Of a stretch of DNA of 32,000 bases, positions 1 through 9,105 are shown piece by piece (position 1 is the stretch's first letter; every line of letters starts with the position of its first letter). Below the pieces are notes generated by a model. That model did not search any database, was not told the DNA's origin, and was given only the letters and a program-made list of their open reading frames with translations. Source of the stretch: Chloroflexota bacterium (lineage in GTDB: Bacteria > Chloroflexota > UBA6077 > JAJPHF01); NCBI GenBank assembly GCA_019686175.1, contig JADGHJ010000003.1:1-32000 (forward strand), in the 5' to 3' direction. The position numbers and the translations under genes are program-made.

Positions 1-238
1 CGAGCGCCGCCGCCACGGCCCCGCCCACCCCGGCCACGAAATAGCCCACGGGCAGCACGAACAGCCCCGCTGGACCCGGCGAGAGGCGGCCGATGGCGAG
101 CGCCATGGCGAAGTCGTCGTCGGTGAGCAACCCGCGCTGGCGGCCTAGCTCGTCTTGCAGCAGCGGCAGCGGAGCCGTGCCGCCGAACGACAGCAAGGTG
201 ACCTTGAGGCAGATCAGGAACAGCGTCCAGAAGTCCAC
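1..238 (-). CDS. Chromate transporter family protein, short-chain half (partial, C-terminus runs off the window)
   Basis: Not in the ORF track because it runs off the edge. The minus-strand frame starts at GTG 238..236, 3 nt after the upstream chrA-like stop. It reads VDFWTLFLICLKVTLLSFGGTAPLPLLQDELGRQRGLLTDDDFAMALAIGRLSPGPAGLFVLPVGYFVAG, which is the CHR-family LSFGG / PGP pattern. Confidence 0.7.
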   Translation of the reverse strand, partial: MDFWTLFLICLKVTLLSFGGTAPLPLLQDELGRQRGLLTDDDFAMALAIGRLSPGPAGLFVLPVGYFVAGVGGAVAAAL

Positions 239-241
239 GCC

Positions 242-904
242 TCACTCCGCGTCCGGCCGGCGCTCGGGCCAGTGCTCGACGGGCACGACGCCCGGGGCCA
301 GCACCCGGTACAGTAGCACGCCCGCCGCCCCCGAGCCGAGCACCACCAGCGCGGAGGAGAGCCCGACGAGCGCCAGCAGGACGAAGGCGCCGAGCGCCAG
401 TGCCAGGCAGATCCCGCGGGCCACTCCACGCTCGGCCTCCACCTCCGCCCGCATCAGTTGACAGCCGATGGCGATGGTCATGCCAGCGGTGGCAGGCAGC
501 AGGCCGTCGATTGCCGCGCTGCCGAGCGGGTTGGCGCGCACGCTCAGGAAGCCGATCGTGAGCGCGACGGTGAGCGCGCTGGCCGGCACCAGCAACCCGA
601 GCAGAGCGACCAGCGCGCCCGGCACCCGACGGAGCAGATAGCCCACCACGACGGCCTGGGCCAGCAGGTGCACCCCCGGGTAGGATCGGCTCAGGGCCAG
701 CGAGAAGGCGAACTGCTGCGCGGTGAGCCAGTGGCGGCGACGCACCAACTCCTGCTCCATCAACAGTAGGGTCGTGGCGCCCGCGCCGAACGACAGCAGA
801 CCGATCTTGCCGAAGACCGCTCCCAACACGGTGAGGCGGGGGGCTATGCCTGGGGCAGCGTGCGCCTCCGCCACTTCGGCCGGGCTAGTAGGTGTCGAGC
901 GCAT
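242..904 (-). CDS. Chromate transporter family protein, short-chain half
   Basis: 220 aa and hydrophobic. Contains FGKIGLLSFGAGATTLLLMEQELVRRRHWLTAQQFAFSLALSRSYPGV, typical of CHR/ChrA. The ATG at 904 overlaps the guaB stop by 20 nt. Confidence 0.8.
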   Translation of the reverse strand: MRSTPTSPAEVAEAHAAPGIAPRLTVLGAVFGKIGLLSFGAGATTLLLMEQELVRRRHWLTAQQFAFSLALSRSYPGVHLLAQAVVVGYLLRRVPGALVALLGLLVPASALTVALTIGFLSVRANPLGSAAIDGLLPATAGMTIAIGCQLMRAEVEAERGVARGICLALALGAFVLLALVGLSSALVVLGSGAAGVLLYRVLAPGVVPVEHWPERRPDAE

Positions 905-2315
905 GCGGTCTGCTTTCGCGCTGCCCGGCTGGGGTGATCTGCACGAACTCCGCGCTCTCGACCAGCTCGGTTAGATTGTGGGCGCCAAGATAGCTCATAC
1001 ACGAGCGCAGCCCGCCGACCAGCTCGAACAGCACGTCGCTCACCTGGCCGCGGTAGGGCACGATCGTCTCCACGCCCTCGGGCACGCGGGCATCGAAGCT
1101 CGCCTCGTCGATGCCCAGCCCCAGCCGCCGGTAGCGGTCGATCGTCGCGCCCTCGGAGGCCATACCGCGATACACCTTGTACCGCTGGCCGTCGCGCAGG
1201 ACCGTCTCGCCGGGGCTCTCGTCGGTGCCGGCGAGCAGGCTCCCTACCATCACCGCCGCAGCGCCGGCCGCGAGCGCCTTGGCCATGTCGCCCGGGGTGC
1301 GGATCCCGCCATCCGCGATGATCGGCACGCGATACGGGCGCGCCGCGCGGACGCAGTTGAGGACCGCGGTCAACTGGGGCACGCCCACCCCTGTCACGAT
1401 GCGCGTGGTGCAGGCGGCGCCGGGGCCCACGCCGACCTTCACCGCGTCGGCGCCGGCCTCGATCAGGTCCACCGTGCCCTGCGCGGTGGCCACATTACCC
1501 GCCACCAGGTCTACGTCGGGGAACCGGCGCTTGATCTCCCGCACGGCGCGCAGCGCCTGCTCGCTGTGGCCGTGGGCGATGTCCACCACGAGCACATCCA
1601 CCCCGGCCGCTACTAGTGCCTCCGCGCGCTCCAGGTAATCACCCACCACTCCGACGGCCGCGCCCACGCGCAGGCGCCCCGCACCATCGCGCGTGGCGCG
1701 CGGGTGCTGGTACACGCGCACCAGGTCGCGCGCCGTGATCAGCCCGCGGAGCCGGCCTTGCTCGTCGACCAACGGCAGCTTCTCGATGCGGTGCTCGTGC
1801 AGCAGGCGCTTGGCTTGCTCGTAGCTCGTCCCGACCGGGGCGGTAATCAGCTGGTCGCCGCGCGTCATGACCTCACGCACCGGCTTGTCGGGTGCGTCCT
1901 CGAACAGCAGGTCGCGCAAGGTGAGAATGCCCACCAGCCGGTGGTCGGGCTCCACCACCAGCACGCTCGTGGCACCAGAGCGGGCCATCAGCGCCCAGGC
2001 GTCACGCAGCGGCCGGTGGGGGCCGAGTGTTTGGACGTCCTGCATGAGATCGTGCTGGGGGCACTTCACGCGGCCGATCTCAGCCACTTGCTGCGGGATC
2101 GACATGAACCGATGGATGACCCCGAGGCCGCCCTCGAGCGCCATCGCCTCGGCCATCCGCCACTCGGTCACGGTGTCCATATTGGCGCTCAGGATCGGGA
2201 TGGCCAGCGCCAGTCGCGGAGTCAAGCGGGTGGAGGTGTCCACATCGCGGCGCGACGCGATGTCGGAGCGTCGGGGCACGAGCAGCACGTCGTCATACGT
2301 GAGGGCAAGCTGCAT
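885..2315 (-). CDS. guaB: Inosine-5'-monophosphate dehydrogenase
   Basis: N-terminus [11 protein letters not shown], tandem CBS region, catalytic loop [11 protein letters not shown], and C-terminal YRGMASEGA. Start trimmed to ATG 2315 ([10 protein letters not shown]). The GTG at 2357 lies at or near the predicted transcription start. Confidence 0.95.
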   Translation of the reverse strand: MQLALTYDDVLLVPRRSDIASRRDVDTSTRLTPRLALAIPILSANMDTVTEWRMAEAMALEGGLGVIHRFMSIPQQVAEIGRVKCPQHDLMQDVQTLGPHRPLRDAWALMARSGATSVLVVEPDHRLVGILTLRDLLFEDAPDKPVREVMTRGDQLITAPVGTSYEQAKRLLHEHRIEKLPLVDEQGRLRGLITARDLVRVYQHPRATRDGAGRLRVGAAVGVVGDYLERAEALVAAGVDVLVVDIAHGHSEQALRAVREIKRRFPDVDLVAGNVATAQGTVDLIEAGADAVKVGVGPGAACTTRIVTGVGVPQLTAVLNCVRAARPYRVPIIADGGIRTPGDMAKALAAGAAAVMVGSLLAGTDESPGETVLRDGQRYKVYRGMASEGATIDRYRRLGLGIDEASFDARVPEGVETIVPYRGQVSDVLFELVGGLRSCMSYLGAHNLTELVESAEFVQITPAGQRESRPHALDTY

Positions 2316-2365
2316 CCTGGCCTCGCCGCCGGCGTGGAGTGGGTTGCAGGCACACACCAGCCGGG

Positions 2366-2371
2366 ATTATA
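2366..2371 (-). promoter_or_regulatory. Candidate -10 hexamer (TATAAT on the minus strand) for guaB
   Basis: A perfect TATAAT is conspicuous in GC-rich DNA and lies about 50 nt upstream of the guaB ATG. Confidence 0.45.
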
Positions 2372-2375
2372 GCAG

Positions 2376-2405
2376 CCGCGGGGTGCTCCCTCGGGCACCC
2401 CGCGG
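2376..2405 (-). terminator. GC-rich hairpin after the SH3-protein gene (terminator-like, no U-tract)
   Basis: Perfect 11-bp stem CCGCGGGGTGC / GCACCCCGCGG with an 8-nt loop, 23 nt downstream of the stop at 2428. Confidence 0.4.
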
Positions 2406-2427
2406 CCGAGCCACCCGTGGCGGACAT

Positions 2428-2946
2428 CTAGCTTGTGGACTCGGCGGCGGGCTGCACGGCCTCGCCGGGCACCCAACCCGCTTGCTCGCCCGCGCGCACC
2501 GCTAGCCAACCGTCCCGCTCCTCGCCCAGCATCTCGACCGCCGTCCCCGTCGCCAAGTAGGCGAGGGGAGCCGCATCGACCGCGGGCGCCACGCGCAGCT
2601 CGACGTCGGCCTCCAGGACCCGCCGGACCGGTGATGTCACGGGGCTACCAGCGGCAGGCACGCTCGGCGCCTCACCAGGAAGACCCCCGTCCGGCGTGGG
2701 AAGCAACTCGACCACCACCGGGTCGAGCGGCACGCGGCGGAGAGGAGTCGCCTCGCTCACCAGGCGAGGCTCGGGCGCCGGCGGGGCGTCCGCGTTGCTG
2801 GGCCGTGCCACGCCCGCCAGCGTGACGACGCCGCCGGTCACCGCGAGCGCGCCGGCCAGTACCAAGCCGCGCCAGCCGGGCTCGCGCAGGCGTGGGGGGG
2901 CTGGCACACGAAACGTTCGGGCACAGAAGCTGATCGACGACTGCAT
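2428..2946 (-). CDS. Membrane-anchored SH3 domain-containing protein (function unknown)
   Basis: One N-terminal TM segment (WRGLVLAGALAVTGGVVTLAG), a Pro/Ala linker, and a C-terminal bacterial SH3-like segment (APLAYLATGTAVEMLGEERDGWLAVRAGEQAGWVPGEAV). Start set to ATG 2946, with GGAGGTG 4 nt upstream. Confidence 0.6.
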   Translation of the reverse strand: MQSSISFCARTFRVPAPPRLREPGWRGLVLAGALAVTGGVVTLAGVARPSNADAPPAPEPRLVSEATPLRRVPLDPVVVELLPTPDGGLPGEAPSVPAAGSPVTSPVRRVLEADVELRVAPAVDAAPLAYLATGTAVEMLGEERDGWLAVRAGEQAGWVPGEAVQPAAESTS

Positions 2947-2964
2947 TCGCACCTCCGTGCCCCC

Positions 2965-2970
2965 AGTATA
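2965..2970 (-). promoter_or_regulatory. Candidate -10 (TATACT on the minus strand) for the SH3-protein gene
   Basis: An AT-rich hexamer about 20 nt upstream of ATG 2946. The upstream region contains an unusual AT-rich tract (TTTATTTATTCAA on the minus strand, 3073-3085). Confidence 0.35.
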
Positions 2971-3162
2971 GAAACGCCTCCGGCGCCGCAAAGCCGCCTG
3001 GCACTCGCAAAGCGATCACAGCCGCGAGCGGCACGCCGGGGGCGCGGGCGTAACGTTTTGCGCGCCCGCCCGTTGAATAAATAAAGGGAGAGGACGACGC
3101 GCGGGCCGCTCGCTGGAGCCAGGCCGCGGTGGGCAGCGAGCGCGGGGTAAGGCAACGGGACG

Positions 3163-3588
3163 ATGCGACGGCGCAGGCTCGCCTGGGCATGCAGTTGGCT
3201 GTTGGGGAGCACCCTGCTGGCGCTGCTGGGAGTGGCCCATCCCAGCCACGCTCAACCCGTCACGGTGATCGCCGAGCAGTGGCTGCAGGGGTACAACAGC
3301 AACGGCTTCTTGAGCGCCTCGCTGGACCCCGCGCGGCGCTATGGTCTGCAGGTGCTCCCGATCGGCGAGAGCGCCTCCTTCCGCGGCACCTACTCGCAGA
3401 ACTGGTTCCTCCGCGATGGCAGTCGCCGCGCGGGCAGTAGCGACGGGACGCTGCACGGCCGGGCACCGTGGGAGCAAGAGCTGCCGCTGCCCGCTCCCGG
3501 GCTCGCCCAGTGGACCTTCGCCGCCGGGTTCTGGAACGAGGGCAACGGGACCCTGTTAGTCCGCCTGATCGACCTCGGCCCACGCTGA
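3163..3588 (+). CDS. Secreted hypothetical protein
   Basis: 141 aa with a signal-peptide-like N-terminus (MRRRRLAWACSWLLGSTLLALLGVAHPSHA/QP). Third codon positions are GC-rich, consistent with real coding. No family recognised. Confidence 0.55.
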   Translation: MRRRRLAWACSWLLGSTLLALLGVAHPSHAQPVTVIAEQWLQGYNSNGFLSASLDPARRYGLQVLPIGESASFRGTYSQNWFLRDGSRRAGSSDGTLHGRAPWEQELPLPAPGLAQWTFAAGFWNEGNGTLLVRLIDLGPR

Positions 3589-3661
3589 TCGCCAGCGCCC
3601 CCTCGCGGCGAGCGTGTTACAGTTCCCTTACAAGGCCGGACAGGCCGACGGCCAGGGGAGA

Positions 3662-3841
3662 ATGGACATGACTTGCCAGGGCTGCGGCAGCCCCATGCAC
3701 CCCCAACCATCGACCGAGATCGCCACCGACGAGGGCGTCAGCAAGTGGAAGTGCCCGCGCTGCGGGAGCTGGTGCTTCGCCGAAGATGACGAGGTGATCA
3801 TGGGCGCCTGGCTGCTCGAGGGGACGGAGTGGCCGCGCTAA
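3662..3841 (+). CDS. Small zinc-ribbon protein (CxxC...CxxC)
   Basis: MDMTCQGCGSPMHP...KWKCPRCGSWCF has two CxxC pairs. GGGGAG lies upstream of ATG 3662, and third codon positions are GC-rich. Confidence 0.5.
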   Translation: MDMTCQGCGSPMHPQPSTEIATDEGVSKWKCPRCGSWCFAEDDEVIMGAWLLEGTEWPR

Positions 3842-3844
3842 CGC

Positions 3845-3860
3845 GCCGCCGGCCGGCGGC
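3845..3860 (+). terminator. Perfect 16-bp GC palindrome immediately after the zinc-ribbon gene
   Basis: GCCGCCGGCCGGCGGC starts 4 nt after the TAA stop. There is no U-tract, so function as a terminator is uncertain. Confidence 0.3.
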
Positions 3861-3881
3861 ACCACTCCGTCCGGCGTGTGC

Positions 3882-3887
3882 TATGAT
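3882..3887 (+). promoter_or_regulatory. Candidate -10 (TATGAT, in context TGCTATGAT) for rpoD
   Basis: An extended -10-like TGnTATGAT lies about 150 nt upstream of the rpoD ATG. Confidence 0.45.
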
Positions 3888-4035
3888 GTGATAAGAACGC
3901 AATACCAGCGAAGCTGCGCCGTGGTTCCGGTGCCGCGCGAGCTGATGCCTCGCGGCGCCTGCCACGCGCGGTTTTCTCTGCGCTGGTTGGCGGCCCCAAT
4001 CAGCTCGGAAGCCAGCCCGGGTGGAAGGATCGACT

Positions 4036-5289
4036 ATGGCTGACTCCCTGGCGCACCACGAGTCGGCCCAGGAGCTGGAAGACTTGGTACAGCTCGCGCG
4101 GGAGCAGGGCGAACTCACCTGGAAGCAGATCGCGCAGTTCGCCGCGAGTGCCAACCTCGAGATGGACCAAGCCCGCAAGCTGCTGGCAGACCGTGGCGTG
4201 AAGATGCCGGAAGACGAGCTGGACGACGCGGACGACGCGGAAGAATTGGACGACGAGGGCCCGGAGCCGGCCCCTCTCCATTGGGATTTCGACGACGATT
4301 TGCGCGAGCCGGCCGTGCTGGCCGACGAGGCGCTCGTCGACCCGGAGCACGTGCGCGATAGTGCCGAGGTCGACTACGTTCCCTCGGAAGCGCCCGCCGC
4401 CATCTACCTGCGCGACATCAGCCGCGTGCGCCTGCTTACGGCCGAAGAGGAAGTCTCGCTCGCCAAAGATATCGAGCAGGGCAACCTGGCTGGCGAGCGC
4501 ATGAAGCAGCTCGGCGAGGGCTGCGAAGAAGAGCGCGAGCGGCTACACGCGCTGTACCGCAAGGGGCAGGAGTCGCGCCGCCGCCTCACCGAAGCCAACC
4601 TGCGCCTAGTGGTCTCGGTCGCTCGCAAGTACATGGGGCGCGGGCTCCCCTTGCTCGACCTCATCCAAGAGGGCAACATCGGCTTACAGCGCGCGGTCGA
4701 GAAGTACGACTACCGCAAGGGCTACCGCTTCAGCACCTACGCCTACTGGTGGATTCGTCAAGCAGTCACGCGCGCCATTGCCGACCAAGCGCGCACGATC
4801 CGGGTGCCGGTGCACATGATCGAACTGATCGGCGATGTGTACCGGGTGAGCCGCGACCTGCAGCAGGAGTTGGGCCGGGAGCCCGAGGCCGAGGAGATCG
4901 CCCAGGAAATGGGCACCTCGGCCGACAAAGTGCGGCAGATCATCCGGGCGGCACGCCAGCCCATCTCGTTAGAGACGCCCGTGGGCGAGGAGGAGGAGAG
5001 CACACTGGCCGACTTCATCGCCGACCGGGCGGCGCGCGCGCCGGCAGAGGCGGCGGCTCAGGAGCTGCTCAAGGAGCACGTCGAGGACGCCCTCCAGCAA
5101 CTGAGCGAGCGCGAGCGGGCGGTGCTGAAGATGCGCTTTGGGCTGATCGACGGCCGCGACCGCACGCTCGGCGAGATCGGTGAGGAGCTGGGCGTGTCGC
5201 GGGAACGTGTGCGGCAGATCGAGGCCGAGGCGCTGGCCAAGCTGCGCCAGCCGAAGCTGCGCCAGAAGCTGCGCGAGTACCTGGAGTAG
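4036..5289 (+). CDS. rpoD: RNA polymerase primary sigma factor (sigma-70 family)
   Basis: Acidic region 1.1, then region 2 ([41 protein letters not shown]), region 3, and region 4 ([24 protein letters not shown]). ATG 4036 follows GGAAGGA. Confidence 0.95.
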   Translation: MADSLAHHESAQELEDLVQLAREQGELTWKQIAQFAASANLEMDQARKLLADRGVKMPEDELDDADDAEELDDEGPEPAPLHWDFDDDLREPAVLADEALVDPEHVRDSAEVDYVPSEAPAAIYLRDISRVRLLTAEEEVSLAKDIEQGNLAGERMKQLGEGCEEERERLHALYRKGQESRRRLTEANLRLVVSVARKYMGRGLPLLDLIQEGNIGLQRAVEKYDYRKGYRFSTYAYWWIRQAVTRAIADQARTIRVPVHMIELIGDVYRVSRDLQQELGREPEAEEIAQEMGTSADKVRQIIRAARQPISLETPVGEEEESTLADFIADRAARAPAEAAAQELLKEHVEDALQQLSERERAVLKMRFGLIDGRDRTLGEIGEELGVSRERVRQIEAEALAKLRQPKLRQKLREYLE

Positions 5290-5320
5290 GCCGCGGTCGC
5301 GATGGGCCGGGCGGGCCCAG

Positions 5321-5326
5321 TATAAT
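5321..5326 (+). promoter_or_regulatory. Candidate -10 (TATAAT) for the rpsP operon
   Basis: A perfect TATAAT about 90 nt upstream of the rpsP ATG, 32 nt after the rpoD stop. Confidence 0.45.
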
Positions 5327-5415
5327 TCCCCGCAGTTCACAGAGCATGTGCGTGTCGTGAGGGGCCGTGGCCTGCCGGCCGCGGCCCTTGGCCGGCCCCA
5401 AGGAGAGAGAGCAGG

Positions 5416-5745
5416 ATGCTGCGAATTCGTCTGCGCCGGACGGGCGCGAAGAAGAAGCCAAGCTACCGCGTGGTCGTGGCCGACGCGCGCGCGCCCCGCG
5501 ACGGCCGTTTCCTGGACATCCTCGGCTACTACAACCCGCTGACCGATCCCTCCACTGTAGTGGTCGACCGCGAGAAGGCGACCCAGTGGTTGGCCCGCGG
5601 CGCCCAGCCGACCGAGCGGGTCACCCGCCTGTTCGTGCGCGAGGGGATCCTACCCGAGACCGCGCTGCCGCCGCGGGTGCGCGAGGCGATCGCTGCGGCC
5701 CGCGCCGGGCGCCCGGCGGGAGCGGCGGAGGCCAGCGAGAGCTGA
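5416..5745 (+). CDS. rpsP: 30S ribosomal protein S16
   Basis: MLRIRLRRTGAKKKPSYRVVVADARAPRDGRFLDILGYYNPL is canonical S16. AAGGAGAGAG SD lies upstream. Confidence 0.95.
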   Translation: MLRIRLRRTGAKKKPSYRVVVADARAPRDGRFLDILGYYNPLTDPSTVVVDREKATQWLARGAQPTERVTRLFVREGILPETALPPRVREAIAAARAGRPAGAAEASES

Positions 5746-5839
5746 GCGCCCGGGGCACGCACGCCGGCGGTCGCGCGCTACAATCTCCTTAGCGCACCGG
5801 CACCGCGAGCCGGGTGACCGTTGGGGGGAGTGACGACGC

Positions 5840-6067
5840 GTGAAGGAGCTAGTCGAGTACGTAGCACGGGGCGTGGTCGAGCATCCCGAGCGGGTGACCG
5901 TGACCGAGATCCCGCACCGCCCGGGCTTGATCTACGAGATCGAGGTCGCGCCAGAGGACACGGGCAAGATCATCGGGCGCCAAGGCCGGATGATCAACGC
6001 CCTGCGGATGCTGGTCAAGGCCGCCGCCACCCGCCAGGGGGTGCGGGTCAACGTGGAGGTCGTCTGA
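5840..6067 (+). CDS. KH domain RNA-binding protein (YlqC/UPF0109 family)
   Basis: 75 aa with the GKIIGRQGRMINALRMLV KH motif. It sits in the conserved position between rpsP and rimM. GTG start. Confidence 0.85.
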   Translation: MKELVEYVARGVVEHPERVTVTEIPHRPGLIYEIEVAPEDTGKIIGRQGRMINALRMLVKAAATRQGVRVNVEVV

Positions 6068-6132
6068 ACGACGCCGAGCCCCCGCGCCACCCGGAGGCAG
6101 TCCGTCCCGCGTCCAGCCGACTCGAGGATTTC

Positions 6133-6618
6133 ATGGTGATCGCCCGCGTGCTCGGTCCGCACGGGGTGCGCGGCGAATTGAAGTGCGCGGTGATCACCGA
6201 CATGCCCCAGCGCTTTGCCACCACACGCACGGTCTACCTCGGGCCTGCGCACCAGCCATTCCGCGTCCAGCGCGCCCGCGTGCAGGGCCACCGGGTCTTG
6301 CTCCAGCTAGAAGGCATCACCACGCGCGACCAGGCCGAGCGCTGGCGCAACGCGCTGGTCGAAGTACCACGTGCCGAGCGTGCGGCACTGCCCAAGGACA
6401 CATACTACTGGCAGGACGTGATCGGCCTGAGTGTCGTGACCGAGGAGGGCGAGCGGCTGGGCGCCGTTCGCGAGATCCTCCGCACGGGCGCCAACGACGT
6501 GTACGTCGTCGGTACCGACACGGGCGAGCTGCTCCTGCCAGCCATCAAGGATGTCATCCGGCGCATCGACCTGGAGCGCGGCGAGATGGTCGTGCACCTC
6601 CTGGAAGGGATGCGGTAG
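6133..6618 (+). CDS. rimM: 16S rRNA processing protein RimM
   Basis: MVIARVLGPHGVRGELKCAVITDMPQRF... followed by a PRC-barrel C-terminus. The ORF-track entry 5821..6618 has a spurious Arg/Gly-rich N-terminal extension overlapping the KH gene. Confidence 0.9.
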   Translation: MVIARVLGPHGVRGELKCAVITDMPQRFATTRTVYLGPAHQPFRVQRARVQGHRVLLQLEGITTRDQAERWRNALVEVPRAERAALPKDTYYWQDVIGLSVVTEEGERLGAVREILRTGANDVYVVGTDTGELLLPAIKDVIRRIDLERGEMVVHLLEGMR

Positions 6619-6623
6619 CGGCA

Positions 6624-7436
6624 ATGCGGCGCGTGCGCCTGTACCAAACCGATGCCATCGTGCTCCGTCGCCACAACCTCGGTGAGGCCGACCGCATCCT
6701 CACACTGTATACCCCTGGGCACGGCAAGCTGCGGGCGATCGCCAAGGGTGTGCGGCGCCCCAACAGCCGGCTCGCGGGCCATGTCGAGCTGTTCAGCCTA
6801 ACCCATTTCCAGCTCGCGGTCGGTCGCGAGCTGGACGTGGTGACCCAGGCCGAGACCCGCGAGCCGTTCCGCCAGGTGCGCGCCGAGCTGGAGCGCACCT
6901 CCGAGGCGTACTACGCCCTTGATCTGGTGGACCGGCTGACCCCGGAGCGGCTGGAGAACCGGGGCGTGTACGAGCTACTGTGCGCGCTGCTGCGCGGGCT
7001 CGACGCGCCGCGCGCGCCCCAACTCGCCCGGAGCTGGTTCGCGGTCCATGTACTGGGCGCTCTCGGCTACCGGCCGCAGCTCACACAGTGCGTGGCCTGC
7101 CAGGCGCCGATCGAACCCGGCGCGAACTATTTCTCGCACCTGTCCGGCGGGGTGCTCTGCCCGCGCTGCGGGCCCACCGAGCCGTCCGCCCGTCCCATCC
7201 CGGTCGATGTGCTCAAGGTGCTGCGCTACCTGCAGCGCACGACCGATCTGGGGCACGTGCGCCTGGTGGTCGCCCCGGCGCTGCAAGGCGCGGTCGAGGC
7301 GGTGTTGCGCGCGTACATCGAACTGCTGGTCGAGCGCCAGCTACCGACCGAGGCCTTCCTCGACCGCCTGCGCCGCGATGCGCGCCTCCAGCCGGCGGCG
7401 CCCGCAGACCCGGTACTCGCTGGAGGCGCCCGATGA
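6624..7436 (+). CDS. recO: DNA repair protein RecO
   Basis: MRRVRLYQTDAIVLRRHNLGEADRILTLYTPGHGKLRAIAKGVRRPNSRLAGHVELFS, plus the Zn finger CVACQ...CPRC. Trimmed from ORF 6183..7436. Confidence 0.9.
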   Translation: MRRVRLYQTDAIVLRRHNLGEADRILTLYTPGHGKLRAIAKGVRRPNSRLAGHVELFSLTHFQLAVGRELDVVTQAETREPFRQVRAELERTSEAYYALDLVDRLTPERLENRGVYELLCALLRGLDAPRAPQLARSWFAVHVLGALGYRPQLTQCVACQAPIEPGANYFSHLSGGVLCPRCGPTEPSARPIPVDVLKVLRYLQRTTDLGHVRLVVAPALQGAVEAVLRAYIELLVERQLPTEAFLDRLRRDARLQPAAPADPVLAGGAR

Positions 7437-9103
7437 GCCAGCCGGCCGAGCGCCGTGCCCTCTACCTCCGCTGGCGCCCTGGGCGCTTCGCGGAGGTGCT
7501 GGGGCAGGAGCACGTCACCCGCACGCTGCGCAACGCCGTGGCCACGGACCAGGTCGCACACGCCTACCTGCTGTGCGGGCCGCGCGGCACCGGAAAGACG
7601 AGCATCGCCCGCATCCTGTTCAAGGCGCTGAACTGCGCGCAGCCGCTGGACGGCGACGCCTGCGGCGCGTGTGCGGCCTGCGAAGACGTGGCCGCTGGAC
7701 GCGCGATCGACCTGGTGGAGATCGACGCCGCCTCCAACCGCGGCATCGACCACATCCGGGACCTGCGCGAGCGGGTGTGGATCGCGCCCTCCACGGCCCG
7801 CCGCAAGATGTACATCCTCGACGAGGCACACCAGCTCTCGGCCCCTGCCTGGGACGCGTTCCTGAAGACGCTGGAGGAGCCGCCACCGCACGTGGTGTTC
7901 GTGCTGGCCACCACGGAGGTGCACAAGGTGCCCGCGACGATCCTGTCGCGCTGCCAGCGCTTCGACCTGGGACGCATCGCGTTGGCCGACCTGGTGCGAC
8001 ACCTCGAGACGGTGCTAGCCGCGGAGGGCGTGGCCGCCGAGCCCGGTGTCCTGGCGCGGGTGGCGCGCCTCGCCCATGGCGGCGTGCGCGACGCGCTCTC
8101 GACGCTGGACCAGTTGATCGCCTTCGGCGGCAGCCGCCTCACTTTGGCTGCGGCGCGCACGGTGCTGGGGCTCACGCCCGAGGACGCCCTGCGGGAGGCG
8201 ACCGACGCGCTACAGCGGCAGGACGCGCGGGCGGCACTGGACCTGGTCGGTGCCTTGGTGCGCGATGGCGCAGACCTCCGACAGTTCCTTGACGATCTCG
8301 TCGCGCATCTGCGCGCGCTGCTGCTAGCCCGGCTGGGCGCCAGCGACGTCCTGGCCTTCGACTACAGCACCGAAGAGCAGGCAGTACTCCAGCAGCAGGC
8401 GGCAAGCTGGGAGCCCGCGCGCCTCGTGGCGCTCATCCGGCGCCTGAGCGCCGTGGACCCCAAGGGCCGCGACGCCGGCCAGCTCCAAGTGCACCTGGAG
8501 CTGGCACTGCTCGATGCGGCGCTGGGGCCAGGGGCCGCACCGGGCTTACCGCCAGTGGCAGCGGCCGCGCCCGAGCCCGTGCCGGTGATCGCCGCGGCCG
8601 CTGGGGAAACGCCCAGCGAGGCGTTAGTGCCGATGATGGGAGCCGGCAACGGCGCGGCCGCGCCAGCACCGGTCACGCCCCAGTCGCCCGAAGCGACGCA
8701 CGCGTCGTCCAGTGCTCCAACCGAGGCGAGCAGCGTGGCGCTGGCGATCTTGCGGCACCGGTGGACGGAGATCAAGGAGGTCGTGGCGCTCCAGTTTCCC
8801 ATGGCGGGGATCTCGCTCGAAGCGGCGACCGTCGAGCGGCTGGACGGCGACGAGGTCGTGCTGGCGTTCACCAGTGAGTTCCACCAGCATACAGTAGAAT
8901 CTGATCAAGCATGCCGCGCGGCTATCGAGCAGATGCTGTCCGAGCAACTGGGCCAGCGCCTCCGCGTGCGCTGTGAGCAAGCGCCCGCCCAACAGGCGCG
9001 GTTCGAAGGCGAGGACTGGTTCACTAGCCAGGCCATCCGGCTGTTCCGGGCGCGCGGTGTGGAGCGCGTGGAGCGCGCGCCGGTTGAACGAGAGGAGCGC
9101 TAG
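7433..9103 (+). CDS. dnaX: DNA polymerase III subunit gamma/tau
   Basis: Walker A GPRGTGKTS, Zn module CGACAACEDV, DEAHQLS, and SRCQRF. The ATG overlaps the recO stop (ATGA) and GGAGG lies upstream. Trimmed from ORF 6980..9103. Confidence 0.92.
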   Translation: MSQPAERRALYLRWRPGRFAEVLGQEHVTRTLRNAVATDQVAHAYLLCGPRGTGKTSIARILFKALNCAQPLDGDACGACAACEDVAAGRAIDLVEIDAASNRGIDHIRDLRERVWIAPSTARRKMYILDEAHQLSAPAWDAFLKTLEEPPPHVVFVLATTEVHKVPATILSRCQRFDLGRIALADLVRHLETVLAAEGVAAEPGVLARVARLAHGGVRDALSTLDQLIAFGGSRLTLAAARTVLGLTPEDALREATDALQRQDARAALDLVGALVRDGADLRQFLDDLVAHLRALLLARLGASDVLAFDYSTEEQAVLQQQAASWEPARLVALIRRLSAVDPKGRDAGQLQVHLELALLDAALGPGAAPGLPPVAAAAPEPVPVIAAAAGETPSEALVPMMGAGNGAAAPAPVTPQSPEATHASSSAPTEASSVALAILRHRWTEIKEVVALQFPMAGISLEAATVERLDGDEVVLAFTSEFHQHTVESDQACRAAIEQMLSEQLGQRLRVRCEQAPAQQARFEGEDWFTSQAIRLFRARGVERVERAPVEREER

Positions 9104-9105
9104 CG

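Noticed and set aside
5821-7432. N-terminal extensions of track ORFs 5821..6618 (rimM), 6183..7436 (recO) and 6980..9103 (dnaX), and likewise 29946..30509 for the S41 peptidase
   Set aside because: The extensions overlap the preceding genes in other frames and are Arg/Pro/Gly-rich. Family-typical N-termini with SD sequences begin at 6133, 6624, 7433 and 30510.
7433-9103. A programmed frameshift or transcriptional slippage site in dnaX for gamma-subunit production
   Set aside because: No A-run or AAAAAAG-type slippery heptamer is visible anywhere in the gene.
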